From positions 1,811 through 65,810 of the forward strand of contig MFYT01000019.1 of NCBI GenBank assembly GCA_001789205.1: a DNA stretch of 64,000 nt, in the 5' to 3' direction. This DNA is from Candidatus Raymondbacteria bacterium RIFOXYA2_FULL_49_16. GTDB taxonomy: Bacteria > Fibrobacterota > OXYB2-FULL-49-7 > XYB2-FULL-49-35. How positions within the stretch are numbered: the stretch's first letter is position 1; the number at the start of each line of letters is the position of its first letter. Below the pieces are notes generated by a model. That model ran no database searches. It saw only the letters and a list, made by a program, of their open reading frames with translations, and had not been told where the DNA came from. Made by a program: the position numbers and the translations under genes. Positions 37,340-47,762 of the stretch are shown in pieces.

Positions 37340-39292
37340 TTACGCCTCCGTGGAGCAGGCAATGCTGCGGTACAATTTCCGGTGATTCTCAGCCATATCC
37401 TCCATATCAAACAATCCTTGGATCCGGTCCCGGCCTGCACGCCCTATCTTGGCCGCTTTCTCGGGATTCTGAAGCACTTCTTCCAGATTTGCTACAAGGC
37501 CGTCAAGATCTCCTGATTTGAACAAATAGCCGCTCACCCTGTCTTCGACCAGGTCAAGGACGCCATTGACTCTACTGGCAATGACCGGAACACCGTACCG
37601 CATGGCATCGACCAAGGAAAAGGGCAGTCCTTCCCAACGGGACGTGATGACCTCCACCGTTGCTGTTGTTAACTTTTCATGGACGTTCGTTACATGGCCA
37701 GAGAATGTAATATGGTTTTCAAGCCCCATCGTATTCACGTCCGATTCCAATGCGCCCCGCAGCGGCCCATTGCCAATGAATTCAATCTGGAATTTGAATT
37801 TTTTTTCCCGCAGCCTGTTCGCGGCTTTGACAAGCAGTTCCGGGGCTTTTTGATATGACAGCTGGCCGACGTGGATGATTCTGGGTATTGGCGGTACAAC
37901 ACGCAGGCAGTCGCCTTTGGTGTCTGGTTTCCGTACTCCAAGATAAATTGTCAGGCAGTTCCGGGCAGTACAGATTCCTCTCGATATCAGTGTTTGTCTG
38001 TCCGTATTGCTTACAAGGACGGTCATCCGGACGCGCTGTGCCAGGATTTTCCATGCCATCCTGAAAAGCCTGAACAGCGCCTGGTTTTTCATGTCGATGG
38101 TATGGGGAGTGTGTATAAGGGGAAGCCTGAGCAGCGCCGATAGCGCGGAACCCCAGACCAATCCCTCAAACCCGTGCAGGTGCATGCAGCCGGAACGGAG
38201 GGGCTTTGCCCAGCGCCATGCTTTCCATAGGGAAAAATTCAATGTTTTTGATATGGGCACGGCAAGCACCGAGTCTACCCGGCCCTGCAGCCGTTCCCTG
38301 AGGCCGCTGTTCGATTTCTGGCAGATAAGGTCGAACCGGAAGCCGTTTCCTGCGTTTTCCACGATATCGCATACGGCCCTGCCCTGCCCGGAAAAACGGG
38401 GTTCGAAGACTACTAACAGGATTCTTACCGGATTGGTCATTGAACCCTGTCCGGATATGGCTCCTGTCTGTCCGCGAAGAAAAGCCATGGCGCCTTTTGC
38501 CATGTTTTTAAGCTTTGCAGCTTTTTCCCGCTCGAAACAGAGTATCTTCAGCGCTTCTTTGCATAGTACTAACAGCTGGTCAATGGAAAAGGCGGGAAAC
38601 TGTTTCCACCATTCGCGGATCAGTTGCAATCTGTTGCGTGTCTGGTAGTACCTTCGCACTGGCGAATGATGCGTGGTCACCGCACCCATCCACGTACGCT
38701 CCTGCATACCGAGCGAATGATGCAAAAACGCATGATTGTTTCGGATCACAGAGTATCCATGGTTGTTTAGACGCAGGCAATATTCGTGATCAACCATATC
38801 AATAAAAAAATCATCACGGAACCGCCCAACTTTCCGGTACGCTTCCGTATTCAGGAGATTTCCGGAGGTCATGACCGTGAGCAGGCGCTCATAGTACCTC
38901 GTCCGATCGTACGCAATCCCCATGGTTAATTGTAATGGAGCGCAGATTCCTACCGTGCAATAATCGGTGAGAACTTCACTGGCAGCCAGTTCCTCGATTC
39001 CGCCTTTCGGAAACCGGCTGTCCTGATCCATGGTCAGGACCCAGTAATATCCACCAGCATGCGCCATGTCCATGCCCTGGTTCAAGGCTGCGGCAAACCC
39101 GATATTTTTTCCAAGCCAGACATATTGAAGCTTGGGGCCAAGCGTCCGTACCGATGATGCAAACGCTGTGTTCTGGATTTCAGAATTATCAATAGCAAAG
39201 AGAGCTTCTGCCCAGTGAAGGTAGCTTTTTATATTATCGAGGACCTGGGCATCCGGGTGATAAAGAACCACGATGGCGGCTCCGGTAATCAT
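37340..39292 (-). CDS. Fused GT2 (RfbF-like rhamnosyltransferase) + GT4 glycosyltransferase
   Basis: N-half: YHPD, NIG.A.ALN.G, MDQDS, TSGNL, FIDMVDHEYCLR, R.YY..RN; C-half: G.LS.QK, G.G, SRWEGLP..L.DAM..G.PV. Confidence 0.88.
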   Translation of the reverse strand: MITGAAIVVLYHPDAQVLDNIKSYLHWAEALFAIDNSEIQNTAFASSVRTLGPKLQYVWLGKNIGFAAALNQGMDMAHAGGYYWVLTMDQDSRFPKGGIEELAASEVLTDYCTVGICAPLQLTMGIAYDRTRYYERLLTVMTSGNLLNTEAYRKVGRFRDDFFIDMVDHEYCLRLNNHGYSVIRNNHAFLHHSLGMQERTWMGAVTTHHSPVRRYYQTRNRLQLIREWWKQFPAFSIDQLLVLCKEALKILCFEREKAAKLKNMAKGAMAFLRGQTGAISGQGSMTNPVRILLVVFEPRFSGQGRAVCDIVENAGNGFRFDLICQKSNSGLRERLQGRVDSVLAVPISKTLNFSLWKAWRWAKPLRSGCMHLHGFEGLVWGSALSALLRLPLIHTPHTIDMKNQALFRLFRMAWKILAQRVRMTVLVSNTDRQTLISRGICTARNCLTIYLGVRKPDTKGDCLRVVPPIPRIIHVGQLSYQKAPELLVKAANRLREKKFKFQIEFIGNGPLRGALESDVNTMGLENHITFSGHVTNVHEKLTTATVEVITSRWEGLPFSLVDAMRYGVPVIASRVNGVLDLVEDRVSGYLFKSGDLDGLVANLEEVLQNPEKAAKIGRAGRDRIQGLFDMEDMAENHRKLYRSIACSTEA

Positions 39293-40227
39293 TCGACAAT
39301 CCTTTGCATGATCATGCCAAGAGCATAGCGCAGCCGGTGGATCAAAGGAAAGAAAGGATGTGCGAGAAATAAGTGGAGCTTTTGCAGCACCTGCACATCC
39401 GGTGAAACCATTTTCATGAAATCATCGATGAGTTTTCTGTCGCCCGCATTCAGAGACGCGCCAAAATGTTCATGAAAAGCTCGGACGTCTGAAATATTTT
39501 CATTGGTTATGGTCAATTTCCGGTACAGCTTATGTATGATTCCCCGGAGTAAGACTGCTCCCATTTGATTACGGGCATGCAACCTGTAGTACATGAGCGG
39601 TCGTGACACGTAGCGCCTGACGCCGAATGCCTCATTCACCAGCGCTAAATAATAATCGTGCATGTGAATGCCACTTGGAAACGGCACAGCCCGTTCAACC
39701 AGCATTCTGTTGAAAAGCATGTTTGATCCCTGAACATACCCGGAACAAAGCATTGTCGCCAATCCTGTTTTGCACGGCCGGCTGCCGACAAATGTGGTGC
39801 GTAAAACATTCAATCGCTCATCAGCGAGCATTGCATCGCCATGCACAATTACCGGAGTCCTTTTCCAGTCCGGTACCTTTTCTAGGGCCGTCTTTAACAC
39901 CAGTATCTTATAAGGAAACCAGACATCATCCTGGTCGCTGAACAGAAGAAGGTCGGCCGAAGAGCGAAGGACCAGTTCCTCGAAATTCCGGACGCTGCCC
40001 AGGCGTCCCTTGTTGTCCGATATCAATCGAATGCGGTCGTCCTGCGCGGCATATTCTTCAAGTATGGTAGGGGTTTCATCAATGGAACAATCATCGCGGA
40101 CAAGCAGTCGCCAATTCGTGAACGTCTGCCGGATAATCGAGTTCAGTTGGTCGTGTATATATGCTTCCCCGTTGCAGGTTGCCAGCAGAATATCAATATC
40201 AACCAACAGCGCTCCTTTTTTTCGCAT
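39289..40227 (-). CDS. GT2 glycosyltransferase (RgpB-like); true start probably near 40203
   Basis: DILLATCNGE, RDDCS.D.T, SDQDDVW, HDYY, YRLH..N. Confidence 0.88.
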   Translation of the reverse strand: MRKKGALLVDIDILLATCNGEAYIHDQLNSIIRQTFTNWRLLVRDDCSIDETPTILEEYAAQDDRIRLISDNKGRLGSVRNFEELVLRSSADLLLFSDQDDVWFPYKILVLKTALEKVPDWKRTPVIVHGDAMLADERLNVLRTTFVGSRPCKTGLATMLCSGYVQGSNMLFNRMLVERAVPFPSGIHMHDYYLALVNEAFGVRRYVSRPLMYYRLHARNQMGAVLLRGIIHKLYRKLTITNENISDVRAFHEHFGASLNAGDRKLIDDFMKMVSPDVQVLQKLHLFLAHPFFPLIHRLRYALGMIMQRIVE

Positions 40228-41572
40228 ATCGAGAAAAGACCACTAATGCCGCAAGGGTATATCCCAGAAAAAGGCAGCTGCTGAAACGGTTAAAAAATCC
40301 TGATGTTATGGAAATCATAAGGGTGTTGATAAAGGACAGAAAAATGAATTTGCCCCAGAATGCCCGGTTGGAATTTGGATCTTTGGATAAACGGTATGCG
40401 GAGACAAGGTACAATCCTGCAAATATGAAAAATAAAATGAGGCCGACGACCCCAGTATTATACAGGATATCCAAGTATTGATCATGGATTCCGTACCAAT
40501 CGTCGGTTTTGTTGAAAAAAGGCAGATAAAGATGCAATGGGGCTTTAAATCCATGACCGAATACGGACGTTTGTTGCAAAACCATTAAAGATTCGTAAAC
40601 GCGATATCCCATAGACGTGAATGGATTTATTAGTTCTGTTGGCTGGAGGTCCCCAAATCGTTGGGTTATGATACCCAAAACATCAATCCCAATTGTCACC
40701 TTGGCAATGAATACCGCACAGACAAGCATGGGAAGCAGCCAGGCAGCCTTCCGTATCAGTTTTAATTTGTTCGACGTCATCATGCTGATGTAGACGAGAA
40801 GGGCGACAGCAGTACCAATCCACATACCACGAGTTTGGTCTATGAGCATGGAGAGGCCAAGCATTGCTCCTGAAATTCCAAGGAAAATACGAACCTTTTT
40901 ATTTTTAAAATAGGTTAACCCGATAATGCAAATAAGGAAACATTGGGAAAAGAAAAACGAGAGGTGAATCAATTGCCTGGATTCAATGCGTGTGAGCCCC
41001 AGGATGAGATGCCGGTAATAGAACCCAGCGGAATTGAGTGCGCCGCCTATACTTGCCAATACAATAATGAAAAACAGGATCTGGATCATGCGTTTGTGGC
41101 GTATATTCGAGCGCAGGATAATAAAGAAAGTCAATAGGGCATAGGCATATTCTCGCAGTTCAAAGATTCCGTATAGACGTCCCATGTGGGTTGGCGCCTT
41201 GAAAAACAGCAGGAATTGGTAACCAAGAAAGACCATGAAGGCGATTAAAGCAGGGAAAACGGACAGATGGAATTCAAAGGGAGATTTTTTAAAGTTGAAA
41301 AAATAAACAATGATAAATAGAAGAACGATTGGGTCAATGACATGAACGATTGCCCAATAGAGGAAAACAGCGGGTAACTTCTCTATGGGCATTAAAAGTA
41401 TGAACGAGGCAAAAATATAGAGCAAGAACTTAAAAGGATCATTTAAAAAGAGCAGGCCTGCAATTGTTGCACATATGAAGACAGCGAGGCTGGGCGCCTG
41501 TAAATATCCCAAGAATCCCGCTACGATAGCGCTTATTACGCCCCAGAATCCAGGGGTGAGATGGTATAGCAT
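40199..41572 (-). CDS. O-antigen polymerase/ligase (Wzy_C) family membrane protein
   Basis: Over 10 TM segments; TRGMWIG, S...R......FGHG, HDQYL.IL...G.VG motif. Confidence 0.8.
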   Translation of the reverse strand: MLYHLTPGFWGVISAIVAGFLGYLQAPSLAVFICATIAGLLFLNDPFKFLLYIFASFILLMPIEKLPAVFLYWAIVHVIDPIVLLFIIVYFFNFKKSPFEFHLSVFPALIAFMVFLGYQFLLFFKAPTHMGRLYGIFELREYAYALLTFFIILRSNIRHKRMIQILFFIIVLASIGGALNSAGFYYRHLILGLTRIESRQLIHLSFFFSQCFLICIIGLTYFKNKKVRIFLGISGAMLGLSMLIDQTRGMWIGTAVALLVYISMMTSNKLKLIRKAAWLLPMLVCAVFIAKVTIGIDVLGIITQRFGDLQPTELINPFTSMGYRVYESLMVLQQTSVFGHGFKAPLHLYLPFFNKTDDWYGIHDQYLDILYNTGVVGLILFFIFAGLYLVSAYRLSKDPNSNRAFWGKFIFLSFINTLMISITSGFFNRFSSCLFLGYTLAALVVFSRYAKKRSAVG

Positions 41573-41590
41573 GGATACCCGCTGGTGGAT

Positions 41591-42793
41591 TTAAAAGTTT
41601 TGGGGCAGGCGCAGGATGCCGAATGACATTTCGCGCAATAGGACCGACATCCGTTTGTATTCATCAGGATTTACTGCCCTGTAGTTTACCATGAATGCGA
41701 TGAGAAGGATATAGCCGCAGGTCAGGAGTTCAACGACCAGTACCGAGACTGCGACTATTTTACGGCGTATGGGGCTTGCTTTTTTCTGCGGCACATAGGC
41801 TGTATGAAGAAGCTTGATCTGGGGCACGTTATTTGCCTCATTGTATTTTGCTTCTTCGTACATTTTGCATAAAAATAAAAACACTTCTTCCTGAATTTTT
41901 ACATTGCGTTTTAATTCAGCATATTCTTTCAGAATATTTGGAGCCTTTGCCATGGGGAACATGAATTCATTGTTGTCGGCCGAATGTATCTGATTAAGCT
42001 GCGATTTGATCTCTTCAATCTTGCTCTGCAGTTGCAGGATTGTCGAGTGGCCCGGAGGATATGTTTTACGGGCAAGGTTCAATTCAATCTCGGCCGCATA
42101 TTGTGTCTTTACCAGGGAGGCAATGTTGTCTATGGTCCCGCCGATTTGTGATTCGGGAAGCAAGGCTTTGTTCTGTGCCATGTAGATACTGAATTGAGTA
42201 GCCAGACTGTCCAGCCTGCTTTTTTCAATGGAAATCCGGGACTCAAGAAAAGTTTTCATCTCCCGGGCATGCCACGAATTCATCTGGCTGTTGATCTCGT
42301 TCATTTTTTTGAGCGCATAGTTTACCACGGCTGCTGCACGCTGAGGGTCCTTGTCAACAAAACCGACTTTCAGGGCTTTATTGTCAGTTTCTTCAATACC
42401 GTAAGACTTCAGAAACACTTTAATAACATCTTCGATTTTATAGTTTTTTGCTTTGTCGAATCCATAGACGTGAACCAGATTGAGCGTATCAATAGTTGAG
42501 CGTATGAGGGGCTGACTGAGAAGGATTTCTTTGACATCGCGAGCATCGCTGCTCAGGAGTGAACCGCTGCCTGAGAGGAGCTCCATTGCCTTGTCACCGC
42601 CTATAATATTCTCAAATAAACTACCGGATTTAGCATTTGGAAGAATGACCCCGAAGGCGTAATATTTTTTAGGAAGAATGAATGTGATGACAGAGGAAAT
42701 AAGAAATGAAATAATGAACATCCGGACCAGGAGCCATTTACGCTTAATAACCAGTTCAAGGATGTCTAAGATATTGATTTTAAATTCTTTCAC
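41591..42793 (-). CDS. Polysaccharide copolymerase (Wzz/GumC-like, no tyrosine-kinase domain)
   Basis: N-terminal TM then LPK.Y....ILP, coiled-coil periplasmic region, A.VP..K.SP.R before the C-terminal TM. Confidence 0.85.
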   Translation of the reverse strand: MKEFKINILDILELVIKRKWLLVRMFIISFLISSVITFILPKKYYAFGVILPNAKSGSLFENIIGGDKAMELLSGSGSLLSSDARDVKEILLSQPLIRSTIDTLNLVHVYGFDKAKNYKIEDVIKVFLKSYGIEETDNKALKVGFVDKDPQRAAAVVNYALKKMNEINSQMNSWHAREMKTFLESRISIEKSRLDSLATQFSIYMAQNKALLPESQIGGTIDNIASLVKTQYAAEIELNLARKTYPPGHSTILQLQSKIEEIKSQLNQIHSADNNEFMFPMAKAPNILKEYAELKRNVKIQEEVFLFLCKMYEEAKYNEANNVPQIKLLHTAYVPQKKASPIRRKIVAVSVLVVELLTCGYILLIAFMVNYRAVNPDEYKRMSVLLREMSFGILRLPQNF

Positions 42794-42849
42794 GGGTTCT
42801 TATAAAATAGTAATAGTACGGATAAAAGACAAGATTCATAACAATATTT

Positions 42850-44034
42850 TTATTCAGCGTCAGCAGTCGGTGCGGTCAGGATGGAAAATAGTCTTTTGGC
42901 AAGTGCAGACCCGGTATATACATTCTCAATCTGTCTGCGGTTACGCATACGGATTGATTCGGCCAGGATTTGATCGGTAAAAAGGGCGTTCAGGTGGTCC
43001 CGGTACTCTTTTTTTGATTCTGCTTTTAGAATCATCAGGTCTTCCAGTCCTTCGGCACCGAGCGGAGTGGATATTATGGGTCTTCCGAACGCAGCAGCCT
43101 CAATGAGTTTCGTCCGGAGCCCACGCCTGCTAACGATTGGATTAACAAAAACTGTAATAGACCGGTAAAAATCGGCAATATCGGGAAAATCTTCTATGCA
43201 CTCAATTTTGCCTTTGGAGGGGTTGTGATTGCGTATGGCATCAGGTATGTTTTTACCCCCAATAATTAATTCCAAGTCCGGCATTGATTCTGCAAGGAAC
43301 GGAAAAATAGCGCCCAGGAAGTGGTGCATGGCATCAGCGTTGGGGGCATGCAGGAAATTGCCGATGAAGCCGATTCGCTTCGCGGCAGGAGACAGGGGAA
43401 GAAGGGGATATTCCTCCAGATCAACGCCGTATTTTAGAACGCTGACCGTGGCTGCAGGAAAATATGATTTGATGATTTCTTGTTCCTGCGACGAAATTGC
43501 GATCCATGCGGTAATGTGTTTCAGCGCTTTCCTGTAGAATCTAAATGTCTGCCAGTACCGGATTTTTTTCAGGAATTTTAATACTATGGATCGTTGTCCA
43601 GAGGCGGTGTTTCTCAGGGTCTCCAGTATTAAATCGTCTTCGAGATAAACAGCCCTGTTGATCGCCTGTATCTGGGGAATGCACAAAAAACTGAGGGCAA
43701 GCGGATATGCGAGCAGCACGGCATCGAACGGACGATTGTTGAGGAACCTGTCAATTGATAGCCGGTTTTTTCTGACCAGCTGCTGAAAGTCGATGGGGGA
43801 ATAAAAAAACTTGTACGGCGCGGGAAGTGGCGGGTGGCACTGGGGAAGGAAAAGAAAGTTCTGCAGGCATTCTCCGCTTTTTTCAAAATCAGGTGCTTCC
43901 CCGGAGGCGTCGAGACAGATTGTATGCACATCGGCGAAACGGGAGAGTTCGTACACGAAAGAATAGAGCCTCTTTGCCCCGCCATATCGTGTTTCTTTGA
44001 ACAGCAATAATGAAGAGATAACCAGAATTCGCAT
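42850..44034 (-). CDS. GT4 glycosyltransferase
   Basis: FIGNF.H.PN.DA, G.RTKLIEA.A.G.PI.ST..G.EG. Confidence 0.88.
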   Translation of the reverse strand: MRILVISSLLLFKETRYGGAKRLYSFVYELSRFADVHTICLDASGEAPDFEKSGECLQNFLFLPQCHPPLPAPYKFFYSPIDFQQLVRKNRLSIDRFLNNRPFDAVLLAYPLALSFLCIPQIQAINRAVYLEDDLILETLRNTASGQRSIVLKFLKKIRYWQTFRFYRKALKHITAWIAISSQEQEIIKSYFPAATVSVLKYGVDLEEYPLLPLSPAAKRIGFIGNFLHAPNADAMHHFLGAIFPFLAESMPDLELIIGGKNIPDAIRNHNPSKGKIECIEDFPDIADFYRSITVFVNPIVSRRGLRTKLIEAAAFGRPIISTPLGAEGLEDLMILKAESKKEYRDHLNALFTDQILAESIRMRNRRQIENVYTGSALAKRLFSILTAPTADAE

Positions 44035-44200
44035 GGAGCCCCATCAGAAAAACATGTTCCGACAGTGATGAATAATTTATTAAAATAGTTAACCTCCTGC
44101 AAATATTTCAATGTTCCCGGCAGTTGGCGCTGTTCATTGACTTTGAATTTGAGAGCAATATATCTTTTTACGTGCAAAACCACCTGTTTAGGACAATTCA

Positions 44201-44857
44201 GTGACGTCTTACCATGAGCGAACCATACGGCGATTGAAGGCCCTGTACCGGAGCATGCGAAATATTGGTTTGTATGGGCGTTGGCGGCTGACGCGTCCCC
44301 CAGTCCCAGCCAATTCGGACGGTACAGTGCGGATCCATGTCGGGTGTGGTGACATAGATAGCCCCGGATTCATTAATGTTGACGCGCGTCCGTTGCGACA
44401 TGTGCATTATGTAAAAAGTGATCTCTCTGATTTTCATGAATTTAGGGATGGGATTGTCGATTTTATATACATGAGCCATATCCTTGAACACGTCAGGCAT
44501 GCTCAGCTGCTCAATGTGGTGTGTGAAATCCATCGCATACTCAAGCCCAAGGGCGTGTTCCGCATTTCTGTTCCAGACTTCGATCTGTTGAACGACATTT
44601 ACGGGAAAAACGGCCGCGATATCAGCGTCATCATGCAGCCGCTCATGGGAGGCCAGGATTATCCTGACAATGTTCACTACGCTGTCTTCAATCGTGTGTT
44701 TCTTGAACAGTTGCTGACGGCCGCCCGTTTTTCATCCGTGCGTTCGTGGGATCCCCTGGCGTGCAAAAACCATGATTTCACCGATTGCGCCACCTTCACC
44801 CTGTCCATTGGCGGAATAGCGTATCCCGTAAGTCTCAACATTGAAGCTGAAAAATAA
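44201..44857 (+). CDS. SAM-dependent methyltransferase (type 11-like)
   Basis: IHVGCG....GFINVD, SHILEH, EIHRILKP.G.FRISVPDF, SLNIEA.K. Confidence 0.85.
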   Translation: MTSYHERTIRRLKALYRSMRNIGLYGRWRLTRPPVPANSDGTVRIHVGCGDIDSPGFINVDARPLRHVHYVKSDLSDFHEFRDGIVDFIYMSHILEHVRHAQLLNVVCEIHRILKPKGVFRISVPDFDLLNDIYGKNGRDISVIMQPLMGGQDYPDNVHYAVFNRVFLEQLLTAARFSSVRSWDPLACKNHDFTDCATFTLSIGGIAYPVSLNIEAEK

Positions 44858-44861
44858 AACC

Positions 44862-45635
44862 ATGAATGGCGCGCAACCGTTGGTAAGCATAATAACCGCA
44901 TGCTTCAACGCACGTCCTACTATTGGACAGGCAATTGACAGCGTACGGTCGCAGACCTATCAGAACATAGAATATATTATCATTGACGGCGGCTCCTCCG
45001 ATGGCACGGTGGAAATAATAAAGGGCAACGCTAATGCTGTTTCCTTTTTTATCAGCGAACCGGACAATGGCATAGCCGATGCCTGGAACAAAGGCCTTGC
45101 CAGGGCAAAAGGGTCGATAGTGGGTCTTTTAAACGCTGACGATGCGCTTGATCCACGGGCTGTTGAGACAATCGTTGCGGGAATCGGGACAGATGAAAGG
45201 GTCGTCACATACGGAATTACAAAAATGTTTGAACATGCAATGACTGACGTTGTTTTTGAAATGAAACCGCAGTACAACAAGGAACGGCTGGAGTACGGGT
45301 TTGGTTTTATGCACACCAGCTGTTTCACCACCCGTATTGTCTACGATATTGTGGGCGGTTTTGACACTAGGTACAGGATTGCCATAGACACTGATTTCCT
45401 GCTGCGCTGCATCAGAGCCGGGATACCGTTCAAGCCCCTTTGCAATGTAGTGTATATGCGTTCCGGAGGCCTGAGCGACCACAGGGTCATAGCGGCGCGC
45501 ATTGAGTATTATGGGCAATTATTGCGGTATGGATATCCGCCCCTGCGGATCGGGATTGCGGCCGTACGTTTTGCCTATTTCGAGCTCCGCCGCCGGGTTG
45601 TACGGTTTCTCAAGCACGCCATTGGAAAAGCCTGA
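44862..45635 (+). CDS. GT2 glycosyltransferase (WcaE-like)
   Basis: VSIITA.FN, IDGGSSDGT, SEPDNGI.DAWNKG, LNADD; start ATG 44862. Confidence 0.9.
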   Translation: MNGAQPLVSIITACFNARPTIGQAIDSVRSQTYQNIEYIIIDGGSSDGTVEIIKGNANAVSFFISEPDNGIADAWNKGLARAKGSIVGLLNADDALDPRAVETIVAGIGTDERVVTYGITKMFEHAMTDVVFEMKPQYNKERLEYGFGFMHTSCFTTRIVYDIVGGFDTRYRIAIDTDFLLRCIRAGIPFKPLCNVVYMRSGGLSDHRVIAARIEYYGQLLRYGYPPLRIGIAAVRFAYFELRRRVVRFLKHAIGKA

Positions 45636-45642
45636 TATTACT

Positions 45643-47181
45643 ATGGAACCACTCAAGTCAAAGAGCGTTGTCACAAATATCAGCTACGCTGTCCTTGAAA
45701 AAACCCTGTACTCTGTTTCAACATTAATTCTGGTACCGATAGCCGTTAAACAGCTCGGGATGGATGTGTACGGGATCTGGGTGTTGTACTGTTCTCTCGC
45801 AGCCTTTTTTCTTCTGGCTCAATTCGGGCTGAGCACTTCGTTTGAACGGTTTATTGCCGCATATCGCGCATCAAACGACCATGAGAAACTGATGCGGGTG
45901 GTTGCAACCTCATTCTACTCCCTGTGTGTGATAGCGATAGTTATTTTTGCGGTATCGGCCTTATGTGCAGAACACGTCATTTCATGGTTTGCCGGAACGC
46001 AGGTATCGCGGTATCAGGAATTGCTGTTCATCTGGTTTATGGGGATCAACGCAGTCATGCTTGTGAATCAGATATTTATGGCAGTGCCGCGCGGCTATCT
46101 CAGGTACGATATATCGAGCTTCATAGGCATTGCCGCACGACTTGTGGAGACTGGATTGTCCATAGCGTTTTTACTGACCGGATCAGGGCTTGCCGCGTTT
46201 ATCTGGGGATTGGGTGCTTCGTGCGTTATTTCTACCTGTGCAGGGTTCTGGGTCACCAGCCGCACATTGGGAAAGTGGCCCATTGCGCCACGTATGTTCT
46301 CGGGGAGCATGTTACTTGAGCTGTACCGGTTCGGCATTTATACTCAGGCGTCATTTTTCGCCATGTGGGCGTCAGCAAATATGGATAAGCTGATCATCAG
46401 CAGGCTTTTTGGTTCATATTATGTCGGATTGTACGATATCGGCACGCGTATTCCTCTGCTGGTCAGGAATACATTCAGCCTGATATTCGCTGTTTTGGTT
46501 CCGCGCGCGTCCGAACTGTTTGCAACCGGCGCCAGGAATACTCTGCAGCGCATCTATCGGCACGGGTCGCGGTATCTGGCGATCCTCTCTTCGGCCGCGG
46601 CTGCGCTGCTCATTCCAACAGCGGGCAGTATACTCGAACTCTGGCTCCGGAAACCGGCTGACCGCCTGGAAATATTCGTGTTTCAAGCGATCATGGTCGG
46701 GGTTGCGGTCCAATTGACAGCAGGGATAGGCAGTTCGGTCATCCGCGGAGTCAATAAGCCTTATTTTGAAACGATCGCCAACACTGGCATGGCCTTAGTG
46801 AACGTTGTCTTTTCATTGTCCTTGTGCCTGCTCTATGGCATGAACGGTGTTGCGTGGGGAACCGTGTTGTCTCTTGTGGCAGGAACCATTTTCTTTGAGG
46901 TCCTCGTGAATCGTGAACTTCAGGTCGACCAAAGCTCTTTTTTTCTGACCGATATTGCGGTGCCGTTCTTGTGGAGCCTGGCGTGTACTGTCGCGGGTGT
47001 GTTTGTCTTTCCCCTCCTTTGCAGCCGATTCTTCATGGACGTGTCTCCGGTCATGGCTTTGGCAGCATCCGTCTGCGTGTATGGAGCGGCATTGTGCGGC
47101 CTGACAGCGGTTTTTTACCGGGTGATCGGATATGTCTCATTGGGCGAAATAATCGGGGTATTCCGGAAAAAAATATTATAA
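45643..47181 (+). CDS. wzx: Wzx-type oligosaccharide flippase
   Basis: About 14 TM segments; LG...YGIW, DKLII....G...VG.Y; start ATG 45643. Confidence 0.85.
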   Translation: MEPLKSKSVVTNISYAVLEKTLYSVSTLILVPIAVKQLGMDVYGIWVLYCSLAAFFLLAQFGLSTSFERFIAAYRASNDHEKLMRVVATSFYSLCVIAIVIFAVSALCAEHVISWFAGTQVSRYQELLFIWFMGINAVMLVNQIFMAVPRGYLRYDISSFIGIAARLVETGLSIAFLLTGSGLAAFIWGLGASCVISTCAGFWVTSRTLGKWPIAPRMFSGSMLLELYRFGIYTQASFFAMWASANMDKLIISRLFGSYYVGLYDIGTRIPLLVRNTFSLIFAVLVPRASELFATGARNTLQRIYRHGSRYLAILSSAAAALLIPTAGSILELWLRKPADRLEIFVFQAIMVGVAVQLTAGIGSSVIRGVNKPYFETIANTGMALVNVVFSLSLCLLYGMNGVAWGTVLSLVAGTIFFEVLVNRELQVDQSSFFLTDIAVPFLWSLACTVAGVFVFPLLCSRFFMDVSPVMALAASVCVYGAALCGLTAVFYRVIGYVSLGEIIGVFRKKIL

Positions 47182-47196
47182 TTTAGCGAGGCATTA

Positions 47197-47751
47197 ATGG
47201 AATCAGTCCTGAAAAGAATAGCAAAATCGGCCTGTTTTTATTTTGGAAATCATGTCATTGCCCATGTTCCTTTTTATTGGATCCGGCACTGTTATTACAG
47301 GAATATTCTGCGTATGCGGATAGGGCGCGGTTCTGCCGTGCATATGGGCGCCTTTTTCGTCTGGAACCATATAACCATTGGCGAAAATTCCATCATCAAC
47401 CGGCAGTGTTATCTTGACGGTCGCGTTGGCGTGGAGATCGGTAATAACGTGAGCATTTCACCTCAAGTCATGGTCCTTTCCCTCACACACGACAAAAATT
47501 CTCCATATTTTGCCACAATACCAGGCAAGGTTACCATAGAAGATTATACATGGATCGGGTCACGCGCGATAATTTTACAGGGGGTGACATTGGGGAGGGG
47601 GTGCGTTGTAGCGGCCGGCGCAGTGGTTACCAAGGATGTGGCGCCATTTTGTGTTATTGGCGGGATCCCGGCAAAACCTATTGGCACCAGAAACCCCAAC
47701 CTGGAATATACACTTAACTACCAACCCTGGTTTGATTCGGATATTTCCTGA
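47197..47751 (+). CDS. Hexapeptide-repeat (LbetaH) sugar O-acetyltransferase
   Basis: IG.NS.IN, IGNNVSI, TH, IED..WIG....IL.GV..G.G.VV.AGAVVTKDV, GG.PAK.I. Confidence 0.9.
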   Translation: MESVLKRIAKSACFYFGNHVIAHVPFYWIRHCYYRNILRMRIGRGSAVHMGAFFVWNHITIGENSIINRQCYLDGRVGVEIGNNVSISPQVMVLSLTHDKNSPYFATIPGKVTIEDYTWIGSRAIILQGVTLGRGCVVAAGAVVTKDVAPFCVIGGIPAKPIGTRNPNLEYTLNYQPWFDSDIS

Positions 47752-47762
47752 GATTACGGACG

